Notes under the pieces: generated by a model
Seen by the model: only the letters and a program-made list of their open reading frames with translations
Told to the model about the DNA's origin: nothing
Databases searched by the model: none
Made by a program: the position numbers and the translations under genes
From: an uncultured Actinomycetota bacterium
GTDB taxonomy: Bacteria; Actinomycetota; Actinomycetes; JACCUZ01
DNA length: 64,000 nucleotides
Reading direction: 5' to 3'
NCBI GenBank assembly: GCA_963784645.1
Contig: CAWARY010000005.1
Span: 178,656 to 242,655 of the forward strand
Shown: positions 1 to 11,001 of the stretch, one piece after another
Position numbering within the stretch: the first letter of the stretch is position 1
Layout of the letters: every line of letters starts with the position of its first letter

Positions 1-2
1 AC

Positions 3-416
3 CTCGACGCCGCGTCCAAGGCGCAGCTGGCCCGAGGTGCCCGCCTGGTCGAGCTGCTCAAGCAGGGTCAGTACTCGCCGTACCCCGTCGAGCACGAGGT
101 CATCTCGATCTGGGCCGGGACGACCGGCAAGCTCGACGACGTCCCGATCGAGGACATCCGGCGCTTCGAGTCCGAGCTGCTCGACTACCTGCAGCGTCAG
201 CACAAGGGCCTGGTCGACGGACTGCGCGAGAGCAAGGAGCTCGGTGACGACACCGTCTCCTCCCTCGAGGACGCCGTCGCCGGCTTCAAGAAGCAGTTCG
301 AGACGTCGTCGGGCGAGCTGCTCGTCAACGACGAGCCGGTGGGTTCGATGGACGAGGACGAGGTCGAGCAGGAGACCATCAAGAAGCACGTCCGCAAGCC
401 GGCGAAGCAGCGCTAG
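3..416 (+). CDS. atpA: F1 ATP synthase alpha subunit, C-terminal fragment (5' partial at window edge)
   Basis: Frame-3 translation ...[30 protein letters not shown] ends at TAG 414-416. It is directly followed by the gamma, beta and epsilon subunit genes. Confidence 0.85.
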   Translation, partial: LDAASKAQLARGARLVELLKQGQYSPYPVEHEVISIWAGTTGKLDDVPIEDIRRFESELLDYLQRQHKGLVDGLRESKELGDDTVSSLEDAVAGFKKQFETSSGELLVNDEPVGSMDEDEVEQETIKKHVRKPAKQR

Positions 417-419
417 CCC

Positions 420-1352
420 ATGGGTGCCCAGCTCCGGGTCTACCGCCGACGCATCAGGTCGGTCAACGCGACCAAGAAGATCACCAAGGCGATGGAGCTC
501 ATCGCCGCCTCACGCATCGTCAAGGCGCAGCAGCGGGTGTCGCAGTCCACGCCGTACGCCGAGGCGATCACCCGCGCAGTCTCCGCCGTGGCCAGCTACT
601 CCGACGTCGAGCACCCCCTCACGGGGACCCTGCCCGCCTCGGAGCAGGAGGGCCATGAAGGCCCGGCGCGGGCGGCGGTGCTCCTGGTCACGAGCGACCG
701 TGGGCTGGCCGGTGCCTACTCCTCCAACGCGCTCAAGGAGGGGGAGCGGCTCTCCAACCTGCTGCGCGACAACGGCAAGGAGGTCGTGCCGTTCCTCGTC
801 GGGCGCAAGGCGGTCGGCTTCTACCGATTCCGCAACCGCGAGGTGGCGGGGCAGTGGACCGGATTCTCGGAGAACCCGACGTACGCCGACGCGAAGAAGG
901 TCGCGGACGCTGTCATCGAGGCGTTCCTGACCTCCAACGACGAGGGCGGCGTCGACGAGATCCACCTCGTCTACACCCAGTTCCAGAGCATGGTCTCGCA
1001 GAAGACTGTGACCCGGCGGCTGCTGCCGCTGGAGATCGAGGAGACCGAGGAGGAGCCCGAGGGCGGGTCGTTCCCGCTCTACGAGTTCGAGCCGTCCGCG
1101 GAGGCAGTGCTCGACGCACTGCTCCCGCGCTACGTCGAGAGCCGCGTCTACAACGCGCTGCTCCAGTCGGCCGCCTCCGAGCTCGCGGCGAGGCGACGCG
1201 CGATGAAGTCCGCCACCGACAACGCCACCGAGCTCATCAAGACCTACACACGCATGGCCAACGCGGCCCGACAGGCCGAGATCACCCAAGAGATCAGCGA
1301 GATCGTCGGTGGCGCGGACGCGCTCGCCAGTGCGACTGCCGGGAGTGAGTGA
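420..1352 (+). CDS. atpG: F1 ATP synthase gamma subunit
   Basis: 310 aa ORF. The N-terminus [40 protein letters not shown] is the canonical gamma signature, and the gene sits between alpha and beta. Confidence 0.95.
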   Translation: MGAQLRVYRRRIRSVNATKKITKAMELIAASRIVKAQQRVSQSTPYAEAITRAVSAVASYSDVEHPLTGTLPASEQEGHEGPARAAVLLVTSDRGLAGAYSSNALKEGERLSNLLRDNGKEVVPFLVGRKAVGFYRFRNREVAGQWTGFSENPTYADAKKVADAVIEAFLTSNDEGGVDEIHLVYTQFQSMVSQKTVTRRLLPLEIEETEEEPEGGSFPLYEFEPSAEAVLDALLPRYVESRVYNALLQSAASELAARRRAMKSATDNATELIKTYTRMANAARQAEITQEISEIVGGADALASATAGSE

Positions 1353-3204
<1,852 letters not shown>

Positions 3205-3236
3205 GGCGTGTCCGCGCCGACCACCACGGGGGCCCG

Positions 3237-3680
3237 ATGGGCCTGATCGGGGTGGTCGACGTGCTGGGGGCGCTCGTCGTCCTCGGTCTGGTCGCGATGG
3301 GCCTGCTCGTCCTGCGCCGCCGGTTCATCAGCCGCAGTGGCGGAACGTTCGACTGCAGCCTGCGGCTGCGCCCGACGTCGACCAGCCGCACCGGTCAGGG
3401 CTGGACTCTGGGCATCGCGCGCTACTCCGGGGACTCCCTCGAGTGGTACCGCGTCTTCTCCTACGCCCTGCGTCCCAAGCGGGTGCTCGGCCGCCGCGAC
3501 CTGCAGGTCGTCGAACGTCGCGCGCCGCGCGGTCCGGAGGTGTTCTCCCTGCTGTCCGGCGCCGTGGTGGTGCGATGCGTGGGTGACGGCGGCCCGGTCG
3601 AGTTCGCCATGAGCGAGGACACCCTGACCGGCTTCCTCTCCTGGGTCGAGTCGTCCCCGCCCGGCATCCCCGCCCCGTAG
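3237..3680 (+). CDS. DUF2550-family membrane-anchored protein, conserved downstream of atpC in actinobacteria
   Basis: 147 aa with an N-terminal TM helix. It occupies the same position as the M. tuberculosis Rv1312-like gene after atpC. Confidence 0.7.
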   Translation: MGLIGVVDVLGALVVLGLVAMGLLVLRRRFISRSGGTFDCSLRLRPTSTSRTGQGWTLGIARYSGDSLEWYRVFSYALRPKRVLGRRDLQVVERRAPRGPEVFSLLSGAVVVRCVGDGGPVEFAMSEDTLTGFLSWVESSPPGIPAP

Positions 3681-3698
3681 CGCCAACCCAGATCTTTT

Positions 3699-3745
3699 GT
3701 GCGCCGACACACCGGATCTTCGGCGTGTCCGGTGTGTCAGCGCAC
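3699..3745. terminator. Bidirectional hairpin terminator between convergent genes (17-bp stem GTGCGCCGACACACCGG / CCGGTGTGTCAGCGCAC, 13-nt loop)
   Basis: A near-perfect inverted repeat is seen directly in the sequence. It lies between the DUF2550 stop (3680) and the adenosyltransferase stop (3765). Confidence 0.5.
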
Positions 3746-3764
3746 ATTCCGCGGGCGAGCCGCG

Positions 3765-4337
3765 TCAGCGGTTGGCGCCGGGCACCCAGAGGACGTCGCC
3801 GAGCTCGCGGTTGGCGTAGCGGGCCAGGACGAAGAGCAGGTCCGAGAGCCGGTTGAGGTAGGTGGCCGTCAGCGGGTTGACCTGGTCGCGGTGCGCCTCG
3901 ACCGCCCGCCAGGTCGCCCGCTCCGCCCGGCGCACCACCGTGCGCGCCACGTGCAGGTGGGCGGCGGCCGCCGTCCCGCCGGCCAGGACGAACGAGCGCA
4001 GCGGCTCGAGGTCGGCGTTGAACCGGTCGATCTCGGCCTCCAGCGCGTCGACCTGGGCCTGGACCACGCGCAACGGCGGGTACTCCGGGTCGTCCTGCAC
4101 CGGGTTGCACAGGTCCGCGCCGACGTCGAAGAGGTCGTTCTGGACCCGGGCCACGACGGCGGCGACGTCGTCCGGCAGCCCCCCGGTCGCAAGGGCGACC
4201 CCGAGGAAGGCGCCGGCCTCGTCGCAGTCGGCATACGCCTCCAGCCGGAAGTCGTTCTTGGAGATCCGGCCGCGGCCGCCCCACCCGGTCGAGCCGTCGT
4301 CGCCGGTGCGCGTGTAGATGCGGGTGAGGTTGACCAT
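3765..4337 (-). CDS. PduO-type ATP:cob(I)alamin adenosyltransferase
   Basis: 190 aa, [42 protein letters not shown]..., the conserved PduO/CobO-type N-terminus. Synteny with M. tuberculosis Rv1314c next to murA. Confidence 0.8.
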   Translation of the reverse strand: MVNLTRIYTRTGDDGSTGWGGRGRISKNDFRLEAYADCDEAGAFLGVALATGGLPDDVAAVVARVQNDLFDVGADLCNPVQDDPEYPPLRVVQAQVDALEAEIDRFNADLEPLRSFVLAGGTAAAAHLHVARTVVRRAERATWRAVEAHRDQVNPLTATYLNRLSDLLFVLARYANRELGDVLWVPGANR

Positions 4338-4361
4338 GCGATCCACTCTAGGGTGACCCGC

Positions 4362-5645
4362 ATGGAGAGGTTCCGAGTCGTGGGTGGCGCCCGGCTCGAC
4401 GGCGAGGTCCGCGTCACGGGTGCCAAGAACAGCGTGCTCAAGACGATGGCCGCGGCGCTGCTCGCCGAGGGCCGGACCACGCTCACCGAGGTGCCGCACA
4501 TCCTCGACGTCGAGATCATGAGCGAGCTGCTGCGCCGGCTGGGCTGCACCGTCGACTACGAGCCGACGGCCTCGAAGGTCACGATCGACGTGCCGGCCGA
4601 GCTCGGCCACCAGGCCGACTACGACCTGGTCCGACGGATCCGGGCCTCGATCTGCGTGCTGGGCCCGCTGCTCGCGCGCTGCGGGCAGGCCGAGGTCGCG
4701 ATGCCCGGCGGCGACGCGATCGGCACCCGCCCGCTCGACTTCCACATGGCCGGGCTGACGAAGCTCGGTGCCGAGCTCGAGAACGAGCACGGCTACATCG
4801 TCGGCCGGGCTCCGAAGGGGCTGTCCGGGGCTACCGTCTGGCTGGACTTCCCGAGCGTCGGCGCGACCGAGAACGTCCTGATGGCGGCCGTCCTCGCCGA
4901 GGGCACCACGGTCGTCGACAACGCGGCGCGCGAGCCCGAGATCGTCGACCTGTGCCAGATGCTGCAGCAGATGGGCGCGCAGATCGACGGGCTGGGGACC
5001 TCGACGCTGACCATCGAGGGGGTCGAGCGCCTGTCGCCGACCACCCACGAGATCGTCCCGGACCGGATCGTCGCCGGCACCTGGGCGTTCGCGGCGGCCA
5101 TGACGCGCGGTGACATCACCGTGCGCAACGCGCGTCCCGAGCACCTCGAGATCGCCCTGGACAAGCTCACCGGTGCGGGTGCCCAGATCCAGGCGGTCGA
5201 GGACGGCTTCCGGGTCGTGCAGGACGCCCGGCCGGTCGCGGTCGACGCGGTGACCCTGCCGTACCCGGGGCTGGCCACCGACCTCCAGCCGCTGGTCATG
5301 GCGCTCAACTCCGTCGCCGACGGCGCCGCGATGATCACCGAGAACATCTTCGAGGGGCGCTTCGTCTTCGCCAGCGAGCTGGCCCGGCTCGGGGCGAACG
5401 TGCGCACCGACGGGCACCACGCGGTCGTCCGGGGCATCGAGCGGCTGTCCGGGGCGCCGGTGCGCGCGAGCGACATCCGGGCCGGCGCCGCGCTGACCCT
5501 GGCCGGGCTGGTGGGCGACGGCATCACCCACGTGCACGACATCTACCACGTCGACCGCGGCTACCCCGGCTTCGACCAGGCGCTGCGGAGCCTCGGGGCC
5601 GACGTCACCCGGGAGCAGGACCCGGACGCCGCGTTCGACCAGTAG
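4362..5645 (+). CDS. murA: UDP-N-acetylglucosamine 1-carboxyvinyltransferase
   Basis: 427 aa, [37 protein letters not shown]..., a full-length MurA. Its position matches Rv1315. Confidence 0.92.
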   Translation: MERFRVVGGARLDGEVRVTGAKNSVLKTMAAALLAEGRTTLTEVPHILDVEIMSELLRRLGCTVDYEPTASKVTIDVPAELGHQADYDLVRRIRASICVLGPLLARCGQAEVAMPGGDAIGTRPLDFHMAGLTKLGAELENEHGYIVGRAPKGLSGATVWLDFPSVGATENVLMAAVLAEGTTVVDNAAREPEIVDLCQMLQQMGAQIDGLGTSTLTIEGVERLSPTTHEIVPDRIVAGTWAFAAAMTRGDITVRNARPEHLEIALDKLTGAGAQIQAVEDGFRVVQDARPVAVDAVTLPYPGLATDLQPLVMALNSVADGAAMITENIFEGRFVFASELARLGANVRTDGHHAVVRGIERLSGAPVRASDIRAGAALTLAGLVGDGITHVHDIYHVDRGYPGFDQALRSLGADVTREQDPDAAFDQ

Positions 5646-5666
5646 GTACCGCCCGGTCGCGGACTC

Positions 5667-5993
5667 TCAGGGCGAGGCGAGCAACCGGCGGGCGGTGGCC
5701 TCGTCCTCCTCGAGGACCATCAGTCGCGGCCCGTCGGTCGTGGTCACCAGCTGGGCCTTGATACCGGCGGCCGCCAGCCGCTGCCGGTCGACCTCGCCCT
5801 CGATGAACGTCCCGGGCGCGGCGATCGCGACCATGAGGCCGTAGTCGTCCGCTGTGCCGGCGCTCGGCCGGCGCGCGACGAGTGACGTGCTGCGGCCGCC
5901 GTACGCCCAGCGGAGCAGGAGGGCCAGGACGCCGACGACGAGCACGGACGTGATGAGCGAGGTCCAGTCCGGCACCGGCCCAGTCTCGCCCAT
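5667..5993 (-). CDS. Small membrane-anchored hypothetical protein
   Basis: 108 aa from the ATG at 5993 (MGETGPVPDWTSLITSVLVVGVLALLL...). It has a single TM segment, and the upstream in-frame extension is GC-frame noise. Confidence 0.5.
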   Translation of the reverse strand: MGETGPVPDWTSLITSVLVVGVLALLLRWAYGGRSTSLVARRPSAGTADDYGLMVAIAAPGTFIEGEVDRQRLAAAGIKAQLVTTTDGPRLMVLEEDEATARRLLASP

Positions 5994-6018
5994 GGCGCGC
6001 TGGCTAGGCTTCCGGCCC

Positions 6019-6876
6019 ATGACCGGAACCACTCTCGCCGTCGTCGGAGCGGGCCTCATGGGCTCCGGCATCGCCCAGGTCTCCGCGGTCGCGGGGCACG
6101 ACGTCGTGCTGCGCGACGTCACCGACGAGGCGCTCGGGCGCGGCCGTGCCGCGATCGAGAAGTCGCTGTCGCGGTTCGTGGCGAAGGGCACGCTCGAGCA
6201 GGCCGACGCCGAGGCCGCGCTGGGGCGGATCACGACGACCACCGACCTCGACGCTGCCGGCACCGCCGACGTCGTGGTCGAGGCGGCGTTCGAGGACGTC
6301 GAGGTCAAGCAGGAGGTCTTCCGCCAGCTGGACCGGATCTGCCACGAGGGCGCCGTCCTCGGGACCAACACCAGCGCGATCCCGATCACGACGATCGCGT
6401 CGGTGACCGGGCGGCCGGAGGCCGTGGTGGGCATGCACTTCTTCTCGCCGGTGCCGATGATGGCGCTCTGCGAGCTGGTGCGCGGCCACAAGACCAGTGA
6501 CGCGACCCTGGCCGCCGCCCGGGGGTTCGCCGAGGGGGTCGGCAAGACCTGCGTCGTCGTCAACCGCGACGTTGCCGGCTTCGTCACGACCCGGCTGATC
6601 TGTGCGCTCGCGATGGAGGCGATCCGGCTGGTCGAGAACGGCGTGGCCACCGCCGAGGACATCGACACCGCCTGCAAGCTGGGATTCGGGCACGCGATGG
6701 GCCCGCTGGCGACTACCGACCTCACCGGCGTCGACATCCTGCGCAACGCGAGCATGAACATCTACCGCGACACCGCGGACGAGAAGTTCTTCCCGCCGGA
6801 GACGCTCTCGCGGATGGTGGCCGCGGGCGACCTCGGCCGCAAGTCCGGCCAGGGCTTCTACTCCTACGAGAGCTGA
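6019..6876 (+). CDS. 3-hydroxybutyryl-CoA / 3-hydroxyacyl-CoA dehydrogenase
   Basis: 285 aa with an NAD-binding motif VVGAGLMGSGIAQ and the typical HBD C-terminal domain. Confidence 0.85.
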   Translation: MTGTTLAVVGAGLMGSGIAQVSAVAGHDVVLRDVTDEALGRGRAAIEKSLSRFVAKGTLEQADAEAALGRITTTTDLDAAGTADVVVEAAFEDVEVKQEVFRQLDRICHEGAVLGTNTSAIPITTIASVTGRPEAVVGMHFFSPVPMMALCELVRGHKTSDATLAAARGFAEGVGKTCVVVNRDVAGFVTTRLICALAMEAIRLVENGVATAEDIDTACKLGFGHAMGPLATTDLTGVDILRNASMNIYRDTADEKFFPPETLSRMVAAGDLGRKSGQGFYSYES

Positions 6877-6980
6877 GCCGCCCGCGCCCCTGCCGTGACC
6901 GGCCGGGGTCAGAGCGCTTCGGACAGGGGCCTGCTCGCCTGCCGGGCCGTCCGCCGTCGCCCAGGGGCACCCCGGTTTCC

Positions 6981-7033
6981 ATGATCCACAGGGGATCTGT
7001 TGGATATTTCCCAACGGATCCGCTGTGGATCAT
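6981..7033. repeat. Family-1 palindromic intergenic element, full copy (arms ATGATCCACAGGGGATCTGTTGG / CCAACGGATCCGCTGTGGATCAT, loop ATATTTC)
   Basis: Inverted repeat with 23-bp arms and 2 mismatches. Related copies occur at 44161-44217 and, truncated, at 32644-32688. Confidence 0.6.
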
Positions 7034-7091
7034 GAACTGGCGGGTGCATCAGGAGGGTTCCGGCGCTCTGACCTGGGACGAAGTGGTTCCG

Positions 7092-7138
7092 GTTCACTCG
7101 AGTCACACAAGTCACAGGCGTCACAGCGTGGCGTCAAG
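7092..7138. promoter_or_regulatory. Array of 4-5 (G)TCACA half-sites at about 10-bp phasing, upstream of the STAS gene
   Basis: GTTCAC-N4-GTCACA-N3-GTCACA-N3-GTCACA-N7-GTCAAG, read directly in the 368-bp intergenic region. Confidence 0.3.
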
Positions 7139-7244
7139 AATTCCTCAAGTCCTCGCTCTACCGTCAGGAACCACGAGAACGACGGCAACCTCGCCTCGCT
7201 CTCGCGCGTCTACTGGTACGAGAAGCAGGGTGGGGGTGACCGGG

Positions 7245-7562
7245 ATGGCTGTCGTCGTCGCAACGGAGCGCGAGATCGTGCTGTCCGGCCGGCTGGACGT
7301 GAGCAGCGCGGCCGATGTCCGCGCGGCACTGCACGAGGCCATCGACCTGGGGGCCGGCGACCTGGTGGTCGACCTGGCCGGGGTCGACTGGGTCGACGCC
7401 ACCGGGCTCGGTGTCCTGCTGGGTGCCGACCGCCGGGCCAAGCAGCTCGGCCGCCGGTTCGTCCTGCGCGATGCCGCCCCGCGCGTCCGCCGGATCCTGC
7501 GGGTCACCCGGCTGCACCGGGTCCTGACCCTGGACCAGGCTGCCGCGTCCGTCGCCGTCTGA
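7245..7562 (+). CDS. STAS-domain anti-sigma factor antagonist
   Basis: About 105 aa, MAVVVATEREIVLSGRLDVSSAADVRAALHEAIDLGAGDLVVDLAGVDWVDATGLGVLL, a SpoIIAA-like fold. Confidence 0.75.
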   Translation: MAVVVATEREIVLSGRLDVSSAADVRAALHEAIDLGAGDLVVDLAGVDWVDATGLGVLLGADRRAKQLGRRFVLRDAAPRVRRILRVTRLHRVLTLDQAAASVAV

Positions 7563-7612
7563 CCGGCCCGCGGACCAGCCGGTCCCGGGGGCCGGCAGCA
7601 GCGTAGTTACCG

Positions 7613-9667
7613 GTGAGTAGGATCCGTGCCGTGCGGGACCAGCCGTGGGTCATGCGGACGTACGCCGGGCACTCCTCGGCGGCGGAGTCGAACGCGCTGT
7701 ACCGGCGCAACCTCGGCAAGGGCCAGACCGGCCTCTCGGTGGCCTTCGACCTGCCGACCCAGACCGGCTACGACCCCGACCACGAGCTGTCCCGCGGTGA
7801 GGTCGGCAAGGTCGGGGTGCCGGTCAGCCACCTCGGCGATGTGCGCGCACTCTTCGACGGGATCCCCCTGACGGGGATGAACACGTCGATGACGATCAAC
7901 GCGACGGCGATGTGGCTGTTCGCGCTGTACGAGACGGTGGCGCTGGAGCAGGCGGGCATCGGACCCGACGGCTCGGGGGGCGGGGTGGACGGGGCGGCCG
8001 CGGCCGAGGTGCGCGGCCGGCTCGCGGGTACGACGCAGAACGACATCGTCAAGGAGTACCTCTCGCGCGGCACCTACGCGTTCCCCCCGGCGGCGTCGAT
8101 GCGGCTCACGACCGACCTCATCGCCCACACCGTCACCGAGGTGCCGAAGTTCAACCCGATCAACATCTGCAGCTACCACCTCCAGGAGGCCGGTGCGACG
8201 CCGGTACAGGAGATCGCGTTCGCGATGTCGACGGCGGTGGCCGTGCTCGACGCGGTGCGCGACGCCGGCCAGGTACCCCCGGAGCGGTTCGGCGATGTGG
8301 TGGCCCGGATCTCGTTCTTCGTCAACGCCGGCGTCCGGTTCGTCGAGGAGATGTGCAAGCTGCGCGCCCTGGTGCAGCTGTGGGACGAGACCACGCGCGA
8401 CCGGTACGGCGTCACCGACCCGAAGAACCGGCGGCTGCGCTACGGCGTGCAGGTCAACTCGCTCGGGCTCACCGAGGCGCAGCCTGAGAACAACGTGCAG
8501 CGGATCGTCCTGGAGATGCTCGCGGTAACCCTGTCCAAGGACGCCCGGGCGCGCGCGGTCCAGCTGCCGGCGTGGAACGAGGCGCTCGGCCTGCCGCGGC
8601 CGTGGGACCAGCAGTGGTCGCTGCGCATCCAGCAAGTGCTCGCCTACGAGTCCGACCTGCTCGAGCACGAGGACCTGTTCGCCGGCTCGCACGTGGTCGA
8701 GGCGAGGGTCGGTGAGATCGTGACGGCCGCACGCGCCGAGATGGCGACGATCGCGGACATGGGCGGCGCCGTCGCGGCGGTCGAGAACGGCTACCTCAAG
8801 TCCGAGCTGGTCTCGTCCCACGCCCGTCGACGGGCCCGCGTCGAGTCCGGCGAGGACGTCGTCGTGGGGGTCAACCGGTTCACCGAGACCGAGCCCAGCC
8901 CGCTCACCGCTGACCTCGACACCGCGATCCAGACCGTCGACAAGGACGTCGAGGAGCGCGCAGTCGCCGCCGTGCGAGCCTGGCGGGAAGGACGCGACGC
9001 CGGGGCCGTCGAGGCCGCGCTGGCGAGCCTGCGCGACGCCGCGACAGGCACCGGCAACCTCGTCCCGGCGTCACTGGCCTGCGCCCGTGCGGGCGTCACC
9101 ACGGGGGAGTGGGCCGGTGTGCTGCGGGAGGTCTTCGGTTCCTACCGCGCGGCGACCGGTGTCGCCGGAGCGGTCGGCATCAGCAGCCTGGTCGGCACGG
9201 CCGGCGACGACCTGCGGGCCGTGCGCGAGCTGGTGGCCCGCACCAACGGCGAGCTCGGTACCCGGCTGCGGCTCCTGGTCGGCAAGCCCGGCCTCGACGG
9301 CCACTCCAACGGTGCGGAGCAGATCGCCGTACGCGCCCGCGACGCCGGCCTCGAGGTCGTCTACCAGGGCATCCGGTTGACCCCGGGCGAGATCGCCGCG
9401 GCCGCCGTCGAGGAGGGCGTCCATGTCGTCGGGCTGTCGATCCTGTCGGGGTCGCACCGGGAGCTGGTGCCGGAGGTGCTGCAGCTGCTGCGCGACGCGG
9501 GGGCGGGCGAGCTGCCGGTCGTGGTCGGCGGGATCATCCCCGAGTCCGATGCCCGGTGGTTGCGCGAGCAGGGCGTGGCCGGCGTCTTCACGCCCAAGGA
9601 CTACGGCATCACCGAGATCATCGGCCGTATCGTCGAGCTCGTCCGCACCGCACACGACCTCGACTGA
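7613..9667 (+). CDS. Coenzyme B12-dependent acyl-CoA mutase, with catalytic and B12-binding domains fused (MeaA/Ecm-like ethylmalonyl-CoA or methylmalonyl-CoA mutase family)
   Basis: 684 aa. The N-terminal mutase barrel (MRTYAGHSSAAESNALYRRNLGKGQTGLSVAFDLPT) is followed by a C-terminal B12 domain carrying a DxHxxG motif (GLDGHSNGAE). Confidence 0.8.
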   Translation: MSRIRAVRDQPWVMRTYAGHSSAAESNALYRRNLGKGQTGLSVAFDLPTQTGYDPDHELSRGEVGKVGVPVSHLGDVRALFDGIPLTGMNTSMTINATAMWLFALYETVALEQAGIGPDGSGGGVDGAAAAEVRGRLAGTTQNDIVKEYLSRGTYAFPPAASMRLTTDLIAHTVTEVPKFNPINICSYHLQEAGATPVQEIAFAMSTAVAVLDAVRDAGQVPPERFGDVVARISFFVNAGVRFVEEMCKLRALVQLWDETTRDRYGVTDPKNRRLRYGVQVNSLGLTEAQPENNVQRIVLEMLAVTLSKDARARAVQLPAWNEALGLPRPWDQQWSLRIQQVLAYESDLLEHEDLFAGSHVVEARVGEIVTAARAEMATIADMGGAVAAVENGYLKSELVSSHARRRARVESGEDVVVGVNRFTETEPSPLTADLDTAIQTVDKDVEERAVAAVRAWREGRDAGAVEAALASLRDAATGTGNLVPASLACARAGVTTGEWAGVLREVFGSYRAATGVAGAVGISSLVGTAGDDLRAVRELVARTNGELGTRLRLLVGKPGLDGHSNGAEQIAVRARDAGLEVVYQGIRLTPGEIAAAAVEEGVHVVGLSILSGSHRELVPEVLQLLRDAGAGELPVVVGGIIPESDARWLREQGVAGVFTPKDYGITEIIGRIVELVRTAHDLD

Positions 9668-9715
9668 CGCCGCCCGGCACGCCCGGGAGGTACGGAGGAA
9701 GGACCGCCGCCCGCC

Positions 9716-10990
9716 GTGCCGCGCCCGCTGACGTCCGCGTTCCGCCGGGTCGCGGTCGACGTCACCCCGCTGCGGCAGCCGGACTTCCGCCGGCTCTTCA
9801 TCGGGCAGGGCGTGTCGTTCGTCGGCTACCAGCTCACCGCCGTCGCGGTGCCGGTGCAGATGTACGACGTCACCCGGTCGTCGCTGTGGGTCGGGCTCAT
9901 CGGTCTGGCAGCGTTCGTGCCGCTCGTCGTCTTCGGGCTCTACGGCGGTGCCGTCTCTGACGCGGTGGACCGGCGGCGGCTGTACATCGCGTCGTCGTGC
10001 CTGGTGTGGGGCGTCACCGGCGGCCTGCTCCTGCAGGCGCTGCTCGGGCTGGACAACCGCTGGGTCCTGCTCGGACTGGTCGCCCTCCAGTCGGTGGGCT
10101 TCGCGGTCTCCTCGCCCTTGCGCGGCGCGATCCTGCCCCGGCTGCTGCACCGCGACCAGGTCCCCGCGGCCAACACCCTCAACTTCACGATGAGCAGCGT
10201 CGGCACCGTCATCGGGCCGCTGACTGCGGGGCTGGTGCTCGCGAAGTCGACGTACGCCGTCGCGTACGGCATCGACGCGGCGTTGTTCACGGTCGGCTTC
10301 TACGCGGCCCTGCGGCTGCCGCCGCTCCCACCGGTCGGGGTCGTCGTCCGGCCGGGGCTGCGCTCGGTGCTCGACGGCCTGCGCTTCATCGCCGCCAAGC
10401 CGGTCGTGCTCATGTCGTTCGCGGTCGACATCGTGGCGATGCTGTTCGCGATGCCGCGTGCGCTGTTCCCGGAGGCGGCCGAGCAGCGGTTCCACGACCA
10501 GGCCGCGGTGGGCTGGCTGTTCGCGGCGATCGCGATCGGCGCAGTCGTCGGCGGGCTGGCCAGTGGCTGGATCGGACGGGTGCAGCGGCAGGGCGTGGCA
10601 CTGGTGGCCGCGGTGTGCGGCTGGGGCGTCGCCGTCGCCCTTGCCGGGCTCGCGCACGCGCTGTGGCTCGCCGTGCTGCTGCTCGCGGTGGCCGGTGCGG
10701 CCGACCTGGTGTCGGCCGTCTACCGGCAGACGATCCTGCAGACCTACGCGCCCGACGAGATGCGCGGCCGGATGCAGGGCGTCTTCATCGTCGTGGTGGC
10801 CGGCGGCCCGCGCCTCGGCGACCTGCGGGCCGGCGGCACGGCCGCGGCGGTGGGCGCGACGACGTCATGGGTCGGCGGCGGCATCGCCTGCGTCGTCGTG
10901 GTGCTCGGTCTGGCCCTCGCCGTCCCGGCGCTGGTGCGCTACCGGACGCCGCCGCCGAATCCGGTCGACCCGGTGACCGGCCCGGCCTAG
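9716..10990 (+). CDS. MFS transporter (EntS/enterobactin-exporter-like)
   Basis: 424 aa with about 12 TM helices. GTG start with an upstream GGAGGAAGGA ribosome-binding site. Confidence 0.8.
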   Translation: MPRPLTSAFRRVAVDVTPLRQPDFRRLFIGQGVSFVGYQLTAVAVPVQMYDVTRSSLWVGLIGLAAFVPLVVFGLYGGAVSDAVDRRRLYIASSCLVWGVTGGLLLQALLGLDNRWVLLGLVALQSVGFAVSSPLRGAILPRLLHRDQVPAANTLNFTMSSVGTVIGPLTAGLVLAKSTYAVAYGIDAALFTVGFYAALRLPPLPPVGVVVRPGLRSVLDGLRFIAAKPVVLMSFAVDIVAMLFAMPRALFPEAAEQRFHDQAAVGWLFAAIAIGAVVGGLASGWIGRVQRQGVALVAAVCGWGVAVALAGLAHALWLAVLLLAVAGAADLVSAVYRQTILQTYAPDEMRGRMQGVFIVVVAGGPRLGDLRAGGTAAAVGATTSWVGGGIACVVVVLGLALAVPALVRYRTPPPNPVDPVTGPA

Positions 10991-11001
10991 CGTCCTGTCC
11001 C

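Noticed and set aside
5992-6876. Upstream ATG (5992, MARWLGFRPM...) as the hbd start
   Set aside because: It would overlap the start of the convergent-orientation small gene on the minus strand. The ATG at 6019 gives the canonical N-terminus immediately before the GAGLMGSGIA Rossmann motif.
6981-7562. ORFs beginning MIHRGSVGYFPTDPLWIM / MIHSGSVGKYPTDPLWIM / MIHSGSMWFFLTNPLWIT at 6981, 7033(-) and 44163
   Set aside because: These are mirror-image translations produced by the family-1 palindrome itself. The real downstream gene (STAS) starts at 7245.
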